Source: an uncultured bacterium
GTDB lineage: Bacteria > Chloroflexota > UBA5177 > JANWHV01
DNA length: 64,000 bases
Direction of reading: 5' to 3'
Assembly: GCA_963729625.1 (NCBI GenBank)
Contig: CAVSOU010000007.1
Location: 224,001-288,000 of the forward strand
Positions within the stretch are counted from its first letter, which is position 1. Every line of letters begins with the position of its first letter. Positions 23,723 to 34,772 of the stretch are shown here, piece after piece. Below the pieces are notes generated by a model. The model did no database searches. It saw only the letters and a program-made list of their open reading frames with translations, and was not told the origin of the DNA. The position numbers were made by a program, and so were the translations under genes.

Positions 23723-24060
23723 CCGATCTTTCCTCTCTGCTAGACCTGCTGCACGCACGACACATGCTGACTGTATCGCAAAACCGACAACTCAGAAAGA
23801 ACAGCGCCACGGTCTCTGACCAGAATCGATGGCGCGACACTCCAATCCCGGCATCAGGCGCCTCCGGAGTGCAGGTCGTTAAGGCACAGCTCCCGGATCT
23901 GATCCTATTGTACTATGACATAGGCGGTGCACTGCCAATCCACGTATTTGCGGACTGTGACGTACGAGACTTGCAGCGATGCAGCAAGTGGGCGATCATG
24001 AGCATGCTGGCCAGATAGCCCGTTCCCGCCTACTGGCCCACCAGCAAAGGGGAAACAGGT

Positions 24061-24231
24061 ATGAATAGGGTCGTGCTGGGAATAGTCGGCGCCCTTGTCG
24101 CGGTGTGGCTGATATTCGCTGTATTCAACGCGGTGAAGGGCCTCATCCATCTTGCGCTCGTGATCGCCATACTTCTGGTTGCCTATAACCTGCTGATGAG
24201 TCTCCGGCATCGCATGGACGGGCCGGACTAG
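24061..24231 (+). CDS. Small membrane protein (56 aa, lmo0937/DUF5670-like), absent from the ORF track
   Basis: MNRVVLGIVGALVAVWLIFAVFNAVKGLIHLALVIAILLVAYNLLMSLRHRMDGPD; RBS AAAGGGG; 'GLIHL.LVIAI' pattern. Confidence 0.75.
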   Translation: MNRVVLGIVGALVAVWLIFAVFNAVKGLIHLALVIAILLVAYNLLMSLRHRMDGPD

Positions 24232-24693
24232 TCACGTGCCTGGTCCTGTTAAAGGCTTGACGCGCGCGGCCAGCGCCGGCAGCCTCCGGCCGGTGCCGCA
24301 ATGCATGGGCTGTTCGCTGATTGCTGTGCCGCTATGGCAGTGGGAAGATTTCCGCCGGTGCATGGCCAAGGCGTCTGAGTCTCAGGTGGTGCCTGAAGCT
24401 ACATGGCGAGTCCGCGGGGCTAATGCCCCTCAGGCGCCGCCAGTTTGGCCGTGACCGTTCGCGGCCAGGTCCGCCGCGTGAACTGCGCCGCTTGAGGATG
24501 GCCCCTGGCGGACGTGCACCGCTATACTCAACCGCTATACTCAGATGTGTCCCGCCGTTCGACGCTGCATTCTGGGGCGTCGTCCTGAGTCACCACAGGC
24601 CAGCGAAATGAACCGGAGTCGACGTGGTTGACGCGAGATCAGCAGGCAAGCAGTTCGCCCCAGCAACCATGACCACCGGCGTCTTCTGCACCG

Positions 24694-26127
24694 ATGACTG
24701 ACTTTGTCCACTCGGTATTGTCCGGGGGGGTCCCACGTGAGGCATGCGGCGTATTTGGGATCTTTGCTCCCGGCGTCGATGTGGCCCGCGCAACCTACTA
24801 TGGCTTGTACACGTTGCAGCATCGTGGACAGGAGAGCGCGGGAATCGCCGTGGCCGATGGCAAGGCGATCCGCGTGCGCCGCGATATGGGTCTCGTCTCG
24901 CAAGTCTTCAATGACGCGGACTTGAGCGACCTTCGCGGCGACGTCGCGATAGGGCACTGCCGCTATTCGACCACGGGCGCGAGCTATCTGGCCAACGCGC
25001 AGCCGATCATCGTTACCGACGCCGTGGGTTCGCCTCAAGAGGGGGAGCCGCTTGCCATCGCCCACAATGGCAATTTGGTCAACGTTCAGCTTCTGCGCGC
25101 ACAACTCCTGGAGATGGGAACGAAGTTCCTGTCTACGAGCGATAGCGAGGTGATCATTCAGCTTATCAGGCTCACCAATGGCCGTTCCTGGCTCGAGCGG
25201 ATCGCTCGTGCGCTGACATCGCTGTCGGGCGCGTTCAGCCTGGCGTTTGCGTCGGCAACCGATCTCTTTGCCGCGCGCGATCCCTGGGGCATTCGCCCGC
25301 TCTGTCTGGGCAGGCTGCTGGATGGCTGGGTTGTGGCGTCGGAATCCTGTGCACTGGACGCCGTAGGCGCGCAACTTGAGCGTGAGATTGAGCCAGGCGA
25401 AGTCATTCAGATTTCGCGCGCGGGTGTCAGGTCCGTGCGCTATGCAAAGGCCAAGCCGCGACTATGCTCCTTTGAATTCATCTACTTTGCCCGCCCCGAT
25501 AGCGTGATCGAGGGACGCAGCGTCCACAGCGCACGCGTCGCTCTCGGCCGGCAATTGGCGATCGAGCACCCGGTAAATGCCGACATGGTCATGCCCGTGC
25601 CCGAGTCCGGCATCCCGATGGCTGTGGGCTACGCGAGAGAGTCACGCACCCCGTACGGAGACGGCCTGGTGAAGAATCGGTACATAGGCCGCACATTCAT
25701 CTCACCCACGCAGTTGGAGCGGGACCGCGGAATCCAGCTCAAATTCAATCCATTATCCGGCGAGCTTAAGGACAAGCGACTGGTCGTGATCGAAGATTCG
25801 CTGATACGAGGCACGACGAGCCGGCCGCTGGTCGCCATGCTTCGGCGAGCAGGAGCGCGCGAGGTTCACCTCCGCATTGCATCACCCCCGTATCGCTATC
25901 CATGCCATCTCGGGATGGATACAAGTCGTCGATCCGAGCTCATCGCCGCCAACAACTCACTGCACGAGATCCTGCTGTACACGGGCGCTGACTCGCTGGA
26001 ATATCTGAGCATCCAAGGATTGATCAAGGCTGTCGGCCGCCTGGAGGCGCATTCATGCCGCGCGTGCCTCGATGGGCGGTATCCTATGCCCGTGCAGGCT
26101 GAACTGGAGGCCGCGACGAGTTCATAG
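24694..26127 (+). CDS. purF: Amidophosphoribosyltransferase (Fe-S type, with propeptide)
   Basis: 'REACGVFG','LQHRGQESAG','HNGN','CSFEFIYFARPDS','RGTTS', C-terminal 'CRAC'. Confidence 0.97.
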   Translation: MTDFVHSVLSGGVPREACGVFGIFAPGVDVARATYYGLYTLQHRGQESAGIAVADGKAIRVRRDMGLVSQVFNDADLSDLRGDVAIGHCRYSTTGASYLANAQPIIVTDAVGSPQEGEPLAIAHNGNLVNVQLLRAQLLEMGTKFLSTSDSEVIIQLIRLTNGRSWLERIARALTSLSGAFSLAFASATDLFAARDPWGIRPLCLGRLLDGWVVASESCALDAVGAQLEREIEPGEVIQISRAGVRSVRYAKAKPRLCSFEFIYFARPDSVIEGRSVHSARVALGRQLAIEHPVNADMVMPVPESGIPMAVGYARESRTPYGDGLVKNRYIGRTFISPTQLERDRGIQLKFNPLSGELKDKRLVVIEDSLIRGTTSRPLVAMLRRAGAREVHLRIASPPYRYPCHLGMDTSRRSELIAANNSLHEILLYTGADSLEYLSIQGLIKAVGRLEAHSCRACLDGRYPMPVQAELEAATSS

Positions 26128-26158
26128 CTTCTAATGCTCGAAGCCACAAGGAGGATTC

Positions 26159-26518
26159 ATGGATCTAGCGAAGATACTCGCAAACATGGTCACGGATGAA
26201 GGTCTTTCAGTAGCGCTGATAGTTGGAGACGACGGCTTGCTGGTTGACGGACAATGCCGAGGAACCGTCGACCTACCAGCAATCGGCGCACTGGCGAGCA
26301 GTACGATGAGCGATTTGCACCACCTGGGCCGCACCCTGGAGGCGGGCGCTGCCGTCCGACTGCGCCTGCGCTTCGAACACTACGAGCTGCTGGTTGAGTC
26401 GCTCACGGACACGGATTTACTCGTAGCCGGAGTTCCGAGCGCGGCCGAAGGGGAAAGGTTGCTCAACGCCTCGGCGCGCTATCGGAGCGAGCTCCGCAAC
26501 CTTCTGGGCGAGCTATAG
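26159..26518 (+). CDS. Roadblock/LC7 (MglB-like) protein
   Basis: 'ALIVGDDGLLV', 'IGALAS'; 119 aa; RBS AAGGAGG. Confidence 0.8.
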   Translation: MDLAKILANMVTDEGLSVALIVGDDGLLVDGQCRGTVDLPAIGALASSTMSDLHHLGRTLEAGAAVRLRLRFEHYELLVESLTDTDLLVAGVPSAAEGERLLNASARYRSELRNLLGEL

Positions 26519-27598
26519 ATGTCGGAGTCCAAGCCACGCTGTGTGCACCGTGGCGACGCCCTGCATGATCCCGCTGGCACAACCGCACGAGCACATTCCT
26601 ATGTCGAGGCAGGAGTCGACATCGCGGCCGGCGAACTAGCGGTCGAGTTAATGCGCCCTGCGATAGCAACCGGTCCCGGGATTCTCAATCGGTTTGGATC
26701 GTTTGGCGCCGCCGTGCCCTCTCCCGGCGGCGACATGCTTCTGGTCAGCAGCGCAGACGGAGTAGGAACGAAGCTATGCCTTGCCCGCACCGACCAAGAG
26801 TGCGCGGGTCTGGGACGCGACCTGGTTCACCATTGCATTGACGACATCTTGACCTGCGGAGCGCGCCCGGTCTTCTTCCTCGATTACCTGGCCTTCGACA
26901 AGCTCAGGCCTGAGCGGGCTGCTGCCATAGTGACCGGCATGGCCGGGGCGTGCAAGAGTCACGGGGCCGCGCTGGTCGGAGGGGAAACGGCGGAGCTGCC
27001 CGACATTTATCGAGAAGATGCCTTCGACGTAGCCGGCTTCATCGTCGGCACGGTTGCACGAGATAGACTGATCGACGGCTCGAGCATCCAGGTGGGGGAT
27101 TCGCTCATCGGCCTGCCATCCGCCGGCCTCCACACAAACGGCTACAGCCTGGCGCGAGCGCTGCTTTTCGACAGACTCGACGAGGAGTTACCGGCCAGCA
27201 CGGATTTCCGGTCGCACGGAAGCATTAGGGATGCCCTGCTTGCCGAACACGCGTGCTACCTCAGTGCTCTGGTGCCGCTCCTCGACGCCAACCTGGTGCT
27301 GGGTCTTGCCCACATCACCGGAGGCGGGCTCCCCGGCAATGTGCCGCGAATGCTGCCTACCGGACTCGCGGCCCGACTCGATCCGAGTTCGTGGTCGCCG
27401 CCGCCGATATTCTCCATTCTGAGCCAGTACGACCTCACGGCGAGTGAGATGTACAGAACGTTCAACATGGGCTTGGGCATGATTCTGGCCTGCAAAGCCG
27501 CGGATTCGGCGGACGTGCTCAGTGCGCTCCCGGGCGCCTCTATCGTGGGCACAATCGAGGCAGGCAGCTCTCGTGGCCGCGTCACGGGATTATTCTGA
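26519..27598 (+). CDS. purM: Phosphoribosylformylglycinamidine cyclo-ligase (AIR synthetase)
   Basis: 'SYVEAGVD','DGVGTK','GGETAELP','GLHTNGYSL','HITGGG','RTFNMG'. Confidence 0.96.
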   Translation: MSESKPRCVHRGDALHDPAGTTARAHSYVEAGVDIAAGELAVELMRPAIATGPGILNRFGSFGAAVPSPGGDMLLVSSADGVGTKLCLARTDQECAGLGRDLVHHCIDDILTCGARPVFFLDYLAFDKLRPERAAAIVTGMAGACKSHGAALVGGETAELPDIYREDAFDVAGFIVGTVARDRLIDGSSIQVGDSLIGLPSAGLHTNGYSLARALLFDRLDEELPASTDFRSHGSIRDALLAEHACYLSALVPLLDANLVLGLAHITGGGLPGNVPRMLPTGLAARLDPSSWSPPPIFSILSQYDLTASEMYRTFNMGLGMILACKAADSADVLSALPGASIVGTIEAGSSRGRVTGLF

Positions 27599-28236
27599 TG
27601 CGCGTTGGTGTGCTGATATCGGGCCGAGGCAGCAATCTGCGCGCGCTGCTTGAAGCATTCCCGGCCGGGCATGAATCGGTCGACATCTGTTGCGTTGCGA
27701 CCAACCGGCAGGCTTGCGGCGGCCTGCGGTATGCTCGATCCTGCGGCATACCCACCTATGTATTCCCCCGCGCCAGTTACCCAAGCAGACACGCGCAGCA
27801 GTCGGCGGTTGCTGACGCGTTGTTGACCCAGGGTGTACAACTTGTCGTTCTGGCCGGATTCGACCAGATTGCGACGGAGGCCATCTTGAAGCCGTTTGGC
27901 GGGCGCATTGTCAACATTCATCCGTCCCTGCTGCCGGCCTTCGGGGGCACGCTGCACGCTCAGGCCGAGGCACTGGCATATGGTGTGAAGGTGACCGGCT
28001 GCACTGTACACTACGTCAACGAGGAGATCGATGCGGGCCCAATCATCGCTCAGGCAGCGGTGCGGGTTCTGGCATCAGACACGGTGGAGGTCCTGGCAGG
28101 GCGCATACTGGAGCAGGAGCACAGACTGTTGCCAGCGGTGGTGAAATCGATTGCCGAAGGGCGCGTGAGCGTCGAGGGGCGGCGGGTGCTAGTTTCGGAA
28201 GGGGCTGCCAATGAGAGCGTTGCTGAGTGTCTATGA
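27598..28236 (+). CDS. purN: Phosphoribosylglycinamide formyltransferase
   Basis: 'ISGRGSNL','NIHPSLLPAF','GCTVHYV..IDAGPII'. Confidence 0.97.
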   Translation: MRVGVLISGRGSNLRALLEAFPAGHESVDICCVATNRQACGGLRYARSCGIPTYVFPRASYPSRHAQQSAVADALLTQGVQLVVLAGFDQIATEAILKPFGGRIVNIHPSLLPAFGGTLHAQAEALAYGVKVTGCTVHYVNEEIDAGPIIAQAAVRVLASDTVEVLAGRILEQEHRLLPAVVKSIAEGRVSVEGRRVLVSEGAANESVAECL

Positions 28237-29809
28237 CAAGTCCGGCCTGGTAGATTTCGCCAAGCAGCTTCTAGCCCTTGGCGTCGAACTGTTCTCGACA
28301 GGCAAGACATTCCAGACACTGGCGGATGACGGAGTCGCCGTCGCGACCGTCGCCGAACTCACCGGCGCCCCAGAAATCCTCGACGGGCGAGTCAAGACAC
28401 TCCATCCTGCGATACATGCCGGTCTCCTGGCTGATCGGGATAATCCCGAGCATGTTGCCACCCTCGCTGATCTCGGCGTCATACCAATAGACCTGATCGT
28501 CGTCAACCTGTACCCGTTCGTGCAAACGGTCAGCGAGAAACCCGTCGGCCTGTCTGCGGCGATGGAACAAGTCGACATTGGTGGTGTCGCGCTGATCAGG
28601 GCGGCGGCCAAGAACCACAAGCATGTGCTTGTGGTCACGGATCCAGGCGACTACGATGCGGTGCTTTCGGAACTCAAGCATCGGGTTTCGCCCGAGGATC
28701 CCGAAGACCTCGATGGTGCGCCGCCGCTAGGATTGCGTCTGGCGGCCAAAGCCTTCAGCTACACTGCGGCGTATGACTCGTATATCGCAGCCTACCTGTG
28801 CGACCAGCTCGGGGCCGACTTCCCCGACAATCTCAGCCTCCCGATGCGGAAAGTCAAGGACCTCAGGTACGGCGAGAACCCGCACCAGAATGCAGCGTTC
28901 TACACTACCGTGCCTACTACCAGCGAGATTGGATTGCGTACGTTGGCAACCGCGCGGCAGCTGCACGGCCGCGAGCTATCCTTCAATAATCTCCTGGATA
29001 TCGACGCAGCATGGACTGTGGTGCGCGACTTCCAGCAGGCGCCGTGCGTGGTGATTATCAAGCACACGAACCCTTGCGGACTTGCCTGTCACACCGACCT
29101 GAGCGAAGCGTATCGGCGAGCGCACACCGGCGATCCCCAGGCCGCGTATGGAGGCATAATCGGCGTTAACCGGATCGTGGACGGTGCGACGGCTCAAGAG
29201 ATTAGCGCCGTGTTCTATGAGGCGATCGTGGCCCCGGATTACAGCGATGAAGCCCTCGAGATCCTGCAGAAGAAGCGCGACCTGCGCTTGATCGCCATGG
29301 GCGAACGGTCCGCGCCGCGCAAGGGTGAATTCGGCTGGCTACCGGACGACAGGCTTGACTTCAAGCGGGTCACTGGTGGATTCGTCGTCCAGGACCGACA
29401 ACCGACGACCGAAGACCTGGAACTCAAGCTGCTCGTGGTGACGAAGCGCCAACCGACGCTCGAGGAAATCACCGACCTGCGCTTTGCCTGGCGTGCTGTC
29501 AAACACGTGAAATCCAATGCGATTGTCCTGGCACGTCACCTCACCGTGATTGGCGTGGGCGCAGGCCAAATGAAGCGAGTGGACAGTGTTGAGCTGGCAG
29601 TACGCCATGCCAAGGAACGTGCAAGGAACAGCGTTTTGGCGTCGGACGCGTATTTCCCGTTCGCCGACGGCGTCCAGCGGGCAATCGAGGCAGGCGTGAC
29701 TGCGATCATTCAACCGGGCGGGTCGATCCGGGATGAGGAATCGATAAAGGTTGCCGACAACCACGGCGTCGCGATGGTGTTTACCAAGGTTCGTCATTTC
29801 CGGCACTGA
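28211..29809 (+). CDS. purH: Bifunctional AICAR transformylase/IMP cyclohydrolase
   Basis: 'ALLSVYDK','GRVKTLHP','LRYGENPHQ','KHTNPCG','SDAYFPF', C-terminal 'RHFRH'. Confidence 0.98.
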   Translation: MRALLSVYDKSGLVDFAKQLLALGVELFSTGKTFQTLADDGVAVATVAELTGAPEILDGRVKTLHPAIHAGLLADRDNPEHVATLADLGVIPIDLIVVNLYPFVQTVSEKPVGLSAAMEQVDIGGVALIRAAAKNHKHVLVVTDPGDYDAVLSELKHRVSPEDPEDLDGAPPLGLRLAAKAFSYTAAYDSYIAAYLCDQLGADFPDNLSLPMRKVKDLRYGENPHQNAAFYTTVPTTSEIGLRTLATARQLHGRELSFNNLLDIDAAWTVVRDFQQAPCVVIIKHTNPCGLACHTDLSEAYRRAHTGDPQAAYGGIIGVNRIVDGATAQEISAVFYEAIVAPDYSDEALEILQKKRDLRLIAMGERSAPRKGEFGWLPDDRLDFKRVTGGFVVQDRQPTTEDLELKLLVVTKRQPTLEEITDLRFAWRAVKHVKSNAIVLARHLTVIGVGAGQMKRVDSVELAVRHAKERARNSVLASDAYFPFADGVQRAIEAGVTAIIQPGGSIRDEESIKVADNHGVAMVFTKVRHFRH

Positions 29810-29933
29810 GCAGATCGTCCTTGCGCGGAACTGCGACGCGTCATGGCGCTCTTTCGCTCGGCATACTGAATGGGGACCTTGTGCTCACGCGAGTCGCGCC
29901 GTCACGCGATTGCAGCAAAGGAAATTGAGCAAG

Positions 29934-30299
29934 ATGGCCTGTGCACACCTTCACCCGGGCTCCAACGACCCCGTGTCCGGTATCACGCGGGGACTCAATC
30001 AGTGTGACAAGTACAATAACAATCCGCTTCGTCCTATTCCACCGGGCGGAGAAGTTCATTGCCAGGATCCAGGAGCCAGCGGCGTCAACTGCTGGCTCGA
30101 CCTGCGCGCGTGTCGGAAGGCGGAGATAGCGCGGCGATTCTATGCGTATACGACGGGCGATCCCTACGCAATCTCCATTCCGCACGTCGCCCAGGTCGAC
30201 AAAGATCGTTTTGGGCGGGCGTTCGTATGCCTCGAGCAAGAAGGCAAATGGGTGCACGATGGTGACCACGAGTTCCCCATGAGCCTCGCGAAAGACTAG
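29934..30299 (+). CDS. Cys-rich hypothetical protein (121 aa)
   Basis: ATG at 29934 after AAAGGA; fills the purH-tRNA gap; 6 Cys. Confidence 0.6.
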   Translation: MACAHLHPGSNDPVSGITRGLNQCDKYNNNPLRPIPPGGEVHCQDPGASGVNCWLDLRACRKAEIARRFYAYTTGDPYAISIPHVAQVDKDRFGRAFVCLEQEGKWVHDGDHEFPMSLAKD

Positions 30300-30312
30300 T
30301 GTCTTCAAGAGC

Positions 30313-30342
30313 TTGACGCGTGCGAAGTCAGACCCCTATACT
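30313..30342 (+). promoter_or_regulatory. Sigma70 promoter of the tRNA-tuf cluster
   Basis: TTGACG-18bp-TATACT, about 45 nt before tRNA-Thr. Confidence 0.7.
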
Positions 30343-30386
30343 TGTGTGCGCAAGGCAAAGGACCGGCATGTGTTCTTGCGCCCAAC

Positions 30387-30459
30387 GCCGACGTAGCTCA
30401 ATTGGCAGAGCAACGGTTTTGTAAACCGTGGGTTGCGGGTTCGAGTCCCATCGTCGGCT
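30387..30459 (+). tRNA. tRNA-Thr(TGT)
   Basis: Acceptor GCCGACG/CGTCGGC, anticodon arm ACGGT-ttTGTaa-ACCGT, TTCGAGT T-loop; CCA not encoded. Confidence 0.96.
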
Positions 30460-30502
30460 CCGTGCGTGTGCGTTCCAGGCCAGGAACGAGGTCGTTCGTC
30501 GC

Positions 30503-30585
30503 GGGCAGATACCCAAGTGGCCAACGGGGGCTGACTGTAAATCAGCTGGCGTACGCCTTCGGGAGTTCGAATCTCTCTCTGCCCA
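30503..30585 (+). tRNA. tRNA-Tyr(GTA)
   Basis: Acceptor GGGCAGA/TCTGCCC, anticodon arm GCTGA-ctGTAaa-TCAGC, long variable arm. Confidence 0.96.
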
Positions 30586-30624
30586 CTCTGCGCTGGTTGG
30601 CGGTGCAGGTAAACTCTGTAGAGC

Positions 30625-30696
30625 GCCCTAGTAGCTCAGTGGTAGAGCGCGCCCTTGGTAAGGGCGAGGTCGTGGGTCCGATTCCCACCTGGGGCT
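30625..30696 (+). tRNA. tRNA-Thr(GGT)
   Basis: Acceptor GCCCTAG/CTGGGGC, anticodon arm CGCCC-ttGGTaa-GGGCG; T-loop reads TCCGATT. Confidence 0.93.
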
Positions 30697-30832
30697 CATC
30701 AGACTCGGTCCGCTATTCGCGGTGAGCGGCGGCCCACCACAAAGAGGGGCGGCAACTCACCGCGATTCGCTGATCAACCGGCTTCTGTCGAGGTGGTAGC
30801 CGAGGCGTACGGGAAAGGGTAAATCGTTCACA

Positions 30833-32038
<1,206 letters not shown>

Positions 32039-32115
32039 GAGGGCTGAGCTGCCGCGCATTGGAGTTGGGCTGAAGGCCCGAGCCGGGCATGGTGGCTTTC
32101 TCTCGGGAGAGGGCA

Positions 32116-32286
32116 ATGGCAAGCGCCAAGAAAGAGAACAGAATCTTCATCGTCCTGGCTTGTACCGAATGCAAGCGCCGCAATTACACCACAACGAAGA
32201 ACCGCCGGAACGATCCTGACCGGATGGAGCTGAGCAAGTACTGTAGGTGGTGCAGGTGCCACCGTTCGCATCGGGAAACGAAGTAA
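32116..32286 (+). CDS. rpmG: 50S ribosomal protein L33 (Zn-binding C+ form)
   Basis: '[24 protein letters not shown]'; ATG at 32116. Confidence 0.97.
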   Translation: MASAKKENRIFIVLACTECKRRNYTTTKNRRNDPDRMELSKYCRWCRCHRSHRETK

Positions 32287-32517
32287 ATGGCAGGTACTAC
32301 GGTCAAACCAACGACCGGTACGCCGGCAACCACGCGCCAGGCCAGCTTGCTGCGCTACCTTCGCGAGTCGCGAAGTGAGCTCCGCAAGGTGAACTGGCCG
32401 ACGCGCGAGCAGACAACGAATCTCACAATTGTGGTCGTCGTGGTCTGCCTGGTAATCGCGTTCTTTATGTTCGGGTTTGATACCCTATTCGCAAAGATCA
32501 TTACGTCGATTGACTAG
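32287..32517 (+). CDS. secE: Preprotein translocase subunit SecE
   Basis: 'SELRKVNWPTRE' plus one TM; canonical position. Confidence 0.95.
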   Translation: MAGTTVKPTTGTPATTRQASLLRYLRESRSELRKVNWPTREQTTNLTIVVVVVCLVIAFFMFGFDTLFAKIITSID

Positions 32518-32638
32518 ATCTTCGCGAGCGCAAGTCCGTGATGTGTAGTCAACGGCTATCGCAGGCGGCGTGCCACGTCGGGCCGGAGTCGAGGCCTGAC
32601 AGCGTAAGCGAGGCAATCGCATCGGAGAAAGGGCTGTC

Positions 32639-33184
32639 GTGACCACCGAAGCATCGGTTGACGCCCGGCAATGGTTCGTGATCCACACCTACGCGGGCTA
32701 TGAGAATAAGGTGAAACAGAATCTCTTGCACCGCATCCAGTCAATGGGGGTGGAAGATCGCATTTTCCGCGTCGAGATCCCGGTCGAAGATGAGATCGAG
32801 ATCAAGAACGGAAAGCGCAACACGGTCCAGCGGAAACTGTACCCAGGCTATGTGCTGGTCGAGATGCTGATGGACGACAATTCCTGGTCGGTCGTACGGA
32901 ATACCCCGGGCGTGACCGGGTTCGTCAGCTCCGGTACCAAAGCCGTGCCGCTGCAGGACAGCGAGGTCAAGCAGATCCTGAAGCAAATGGGTGAGGAAGC
33001 GCCGAAAGTCAAGGCGACCTTCACCAAGGGTCAGAGCGTCAAGATCATCGACGGGCCGTTCCTCGAGTTTATCGGCGTGATCGATGAAGTGAGCCCCGAC
33101 CGCAACAAGCTCAAGGTTCTTGTAAGCATGTTTGGCCGGGAAACGCCGGTCGAGTTGGATTTCCTTCAGGTCGAGAAGCTGTAA
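32639..33184 (+). CDS. nusG: Transcription termination/antitermination factor NusG
   Basis: '[14 protein letters not shown]','PGYVLVEM','[10 protein letters not shown]','[11 protein letters not shown]'. Confidence 0.98.
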   Translation: MTTEASVDARQWFVIHTYAGYENKVKQNLLHRIQSMGVEDRIFRVEIPVEDEIEIKNGKRNTVQRKLYPGYVLVEMLMDDNSWSVVRNTPGVTGFVSSGTKAVPLQDSEVKQILKQMGEEAPKVKATFTKGQSVKIIDGPFLEFIGVIDEVSPDRNKLKVLVSMFGRETPVELDFLQVEKL

Positions 33185-33243
33185 GTAGAGGAGGATGGGG
33201 GAAGCGAGCCCGGTCGAGGCCGGCTGGTCGCTACCCCGGTACC

Positions 33244-33669
33244 ATGGCAAAACGCGTACGAGCAATTGTGAAGCTGCAACTCCCTGCCGGCAAGGCGACC
33301 CCGGCGCCGCCGGTGGGTCCGGCGCTAGGGCAGCACGGCGTCAATATCATGGGCTTCGTTAAGGAATACAACGAGAAGACCGCCGCAAAAGCCGGCAGCA
33401 TCGTACCGGTCGAGATCACTGTCTACGAGGACCGATCGTTTACCTTCATTACGAAGACACCGCCGGCCTCGGAACTGTTGAAGAAGGCTGCCGGCATTAC
33501 GTCGGGTGCCAAGAATCCACTCAAGGACCGGGTCGGCACCATCTCCCGAGAAAAACTTCGCGAGATCGCCGAGACCAAGATGCCCGATCTCAACGCGAAC
33601 GACGTCGAGATGGCCATGCGTACGATTGCCGGCACCGCGCGGAGCATGGGCATCGAGATCACAGAGTAG
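33244..33669 (+). CDS. rplK: 50S ribosomal protein L11
   Basis: '[18 protein letters not shown]','GTARSMG'. Confidence 0.99.
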   Translation: MAKRVRAIVKLQLPAGKATPAPPVGPALGQHGVNIMGFVKEYNEKTAAKAGSIVPVEITVYEDRSFTFITKTPPASELLKKAAGITSGAKNPLKDRVGTISREKLREIAETKMPDLNANDVEMAMRTIAGTARSMGIEITE

Positions 33670-33694
33670 CAGCCGGCCGGCTGTAACGCGCTGG

Positions 33695-33737
33695 CCTGCG
33701 TGGGAGGACCGTTCGCGGTCCGCTAGCGACCACAGGA
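33695..33737 (+). promoter_or_regulatory. Putative L1 autoregulatory RNA site upstream of rplA
   Basis: GTGGGAG-GACC-gttcgc-GGTC-CGCTAGCG-ACCAC resembles the L1-binding element and overlaps the rplA RBS. Confidence 0.6.
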
Positions 33738-33747
33738 GTAAGCACAC

Positions 33748-34455
33748 ATGGCAAAGCATGGCAAGAATTATGTAGCTGCCGCGAAGCTCGTCGATCCGAC
33801 CACTCTCTACCTACCTAAAGACGCTGTCTCACTCCTCAAGCGAACTTCGTACGTGAAGTTTGACCCCACTGTGGAACTACATTTCCGGCTTGGTGTAGAT
33901 CCTCGCCATGCCGACCAAATGGTGCGCGGCACAGCCGTCCTACCCCACGGAACCGGCAAGGTCGTCCGCATCCTGGTATTCGCCCAGGGCGACAAGGCTC
34001 GAGAGGCGGAACAGGCGGGCGCGGACTTTGTCGGCGCCGCCGATCTGGTCAAGCAGATCACCGAAGGATGGATCGGCTTCGATGTCGCAATCGCCACGCC
34101 GGATATGATGCAGGCGGTCGGCCGCCTCGGCAAGATCCTGGGACGCCGCGGCCTGATGCCAAATCCCAAGGCCGGCACCGTTACGTTCGACATCGAGCGC
34201 ACGATCCGAGAGGTACGAAGCGGGCGAGTCGAATTCCGTGTCGATCGGTCTGCCCTCGTCCACGTCCCCGTCGGCAAGCTATCCTTTGAAGAGCCGGCGA
34301 TCCTCGACAATGTCGCGGCGATGATCGACGCGCTTGTGGCTGCCAAGCCGAGCGGTGCAAAAGGACAGTACATCAAGACGATTACCCTGGCGTCGAGCAT
34401 GGGCCCTGGCATCCATCTCGACCTGAGCGCGTCCCAGTCGCTCAAGGCTAGCTAG
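33748..34455 (+). CDS. rplA: 50S ribosomal protein L1
   Basis: '[14 protein letters not shown]','LPHGTGK','[11 protein letters not shown]','SSMGPG'. Confidence 0.99.
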   Translation: MAKHGKNYVAAAKLVDPTTLYLPKDAVSLLKRTSYVKFDPTVELHFRLGVDPRHADQMVRGTAVLPHGTGKVVRILVFAQGDKAREAEQAGADFVGAADLVKQITEGWIGFDVAIATPDMMQAVGRLGKILGRRGLMPNPKAGTVTFDIERTIREVRSGRVEFRVDRSALVHVPVGKLSFEEPAILDNVAAMIDALVAAKPSGAKGQYIKTITLASSMGPGIHLDLSASQSLKAS

Positions 34456-34485
34456 GACCTGACGCATCTTCAGCTCACACTCAAT

Positions 34486-34519
34486 AGAGGAAGCGGTGAG
34501 GCGCCTCACCGCTTCCTCT
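34486..34519. repeat. Perfect 34-bp palindrome after rplA (terminator-like)
   Basis: AGAGGAAGCGGTGAGGC|GCCTCACCGCTTCCTCT. Confidence 0.8.
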
Positions 34520-34542
34520 CACCTTGTAATGCGGACGACCAG

Positions 34543-34571
34543 TTGACGAATGTCGCCCGCCCGGCTACTAT
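34543..34571 (+). promoter_or_regulatory. Sigma70 promoter of rplJL
   Basis: TTGACG-17bp-TACTAT. Confidence 0.65.
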
Positions 34572-34595
34572 TACTTCCGGCATCAACGCCGGTAC

Positions 34596-34740
34596 TGTCG
34601 CTGTAGACCGCGGGCGCGCCCTTGAGGCGCTTAAACGAGCAGCCTGCCGAGGCGATGGGCGCACTGATATGGGTCGCGCGACTCCTGTCACCTCGTCCGT
34701 CTTTCTCGGCCTCAGTGATTCGCTGGGGTCTTTTTTTGCC
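34596..34740 (+). ncRNA. L10 ribosomal leader with transcription attenuator
   Basis: AGAC..GG..TTAA..CCTGCCGAGG pattern. Terminator GGCCTCAGTGA/TCGCTGGGGTC plus T7 (34708-34737). CTCGGC can pair with GCCGAG as an antiterminator. Confidence 0.8.
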
Positions 34741-34772
34741 TACTGATCTTGATGGAAAGGAGGATTGAGAGC

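Noticed and set aside
24240-24693. Known ZTP, PRPP or guanine riboswitch before purF
   Set aside because: Diagnostic motifs (e.g. CGCCTGGGC for ZTP, AAAAGCCCGGGAG for ykkC-type) are absent.
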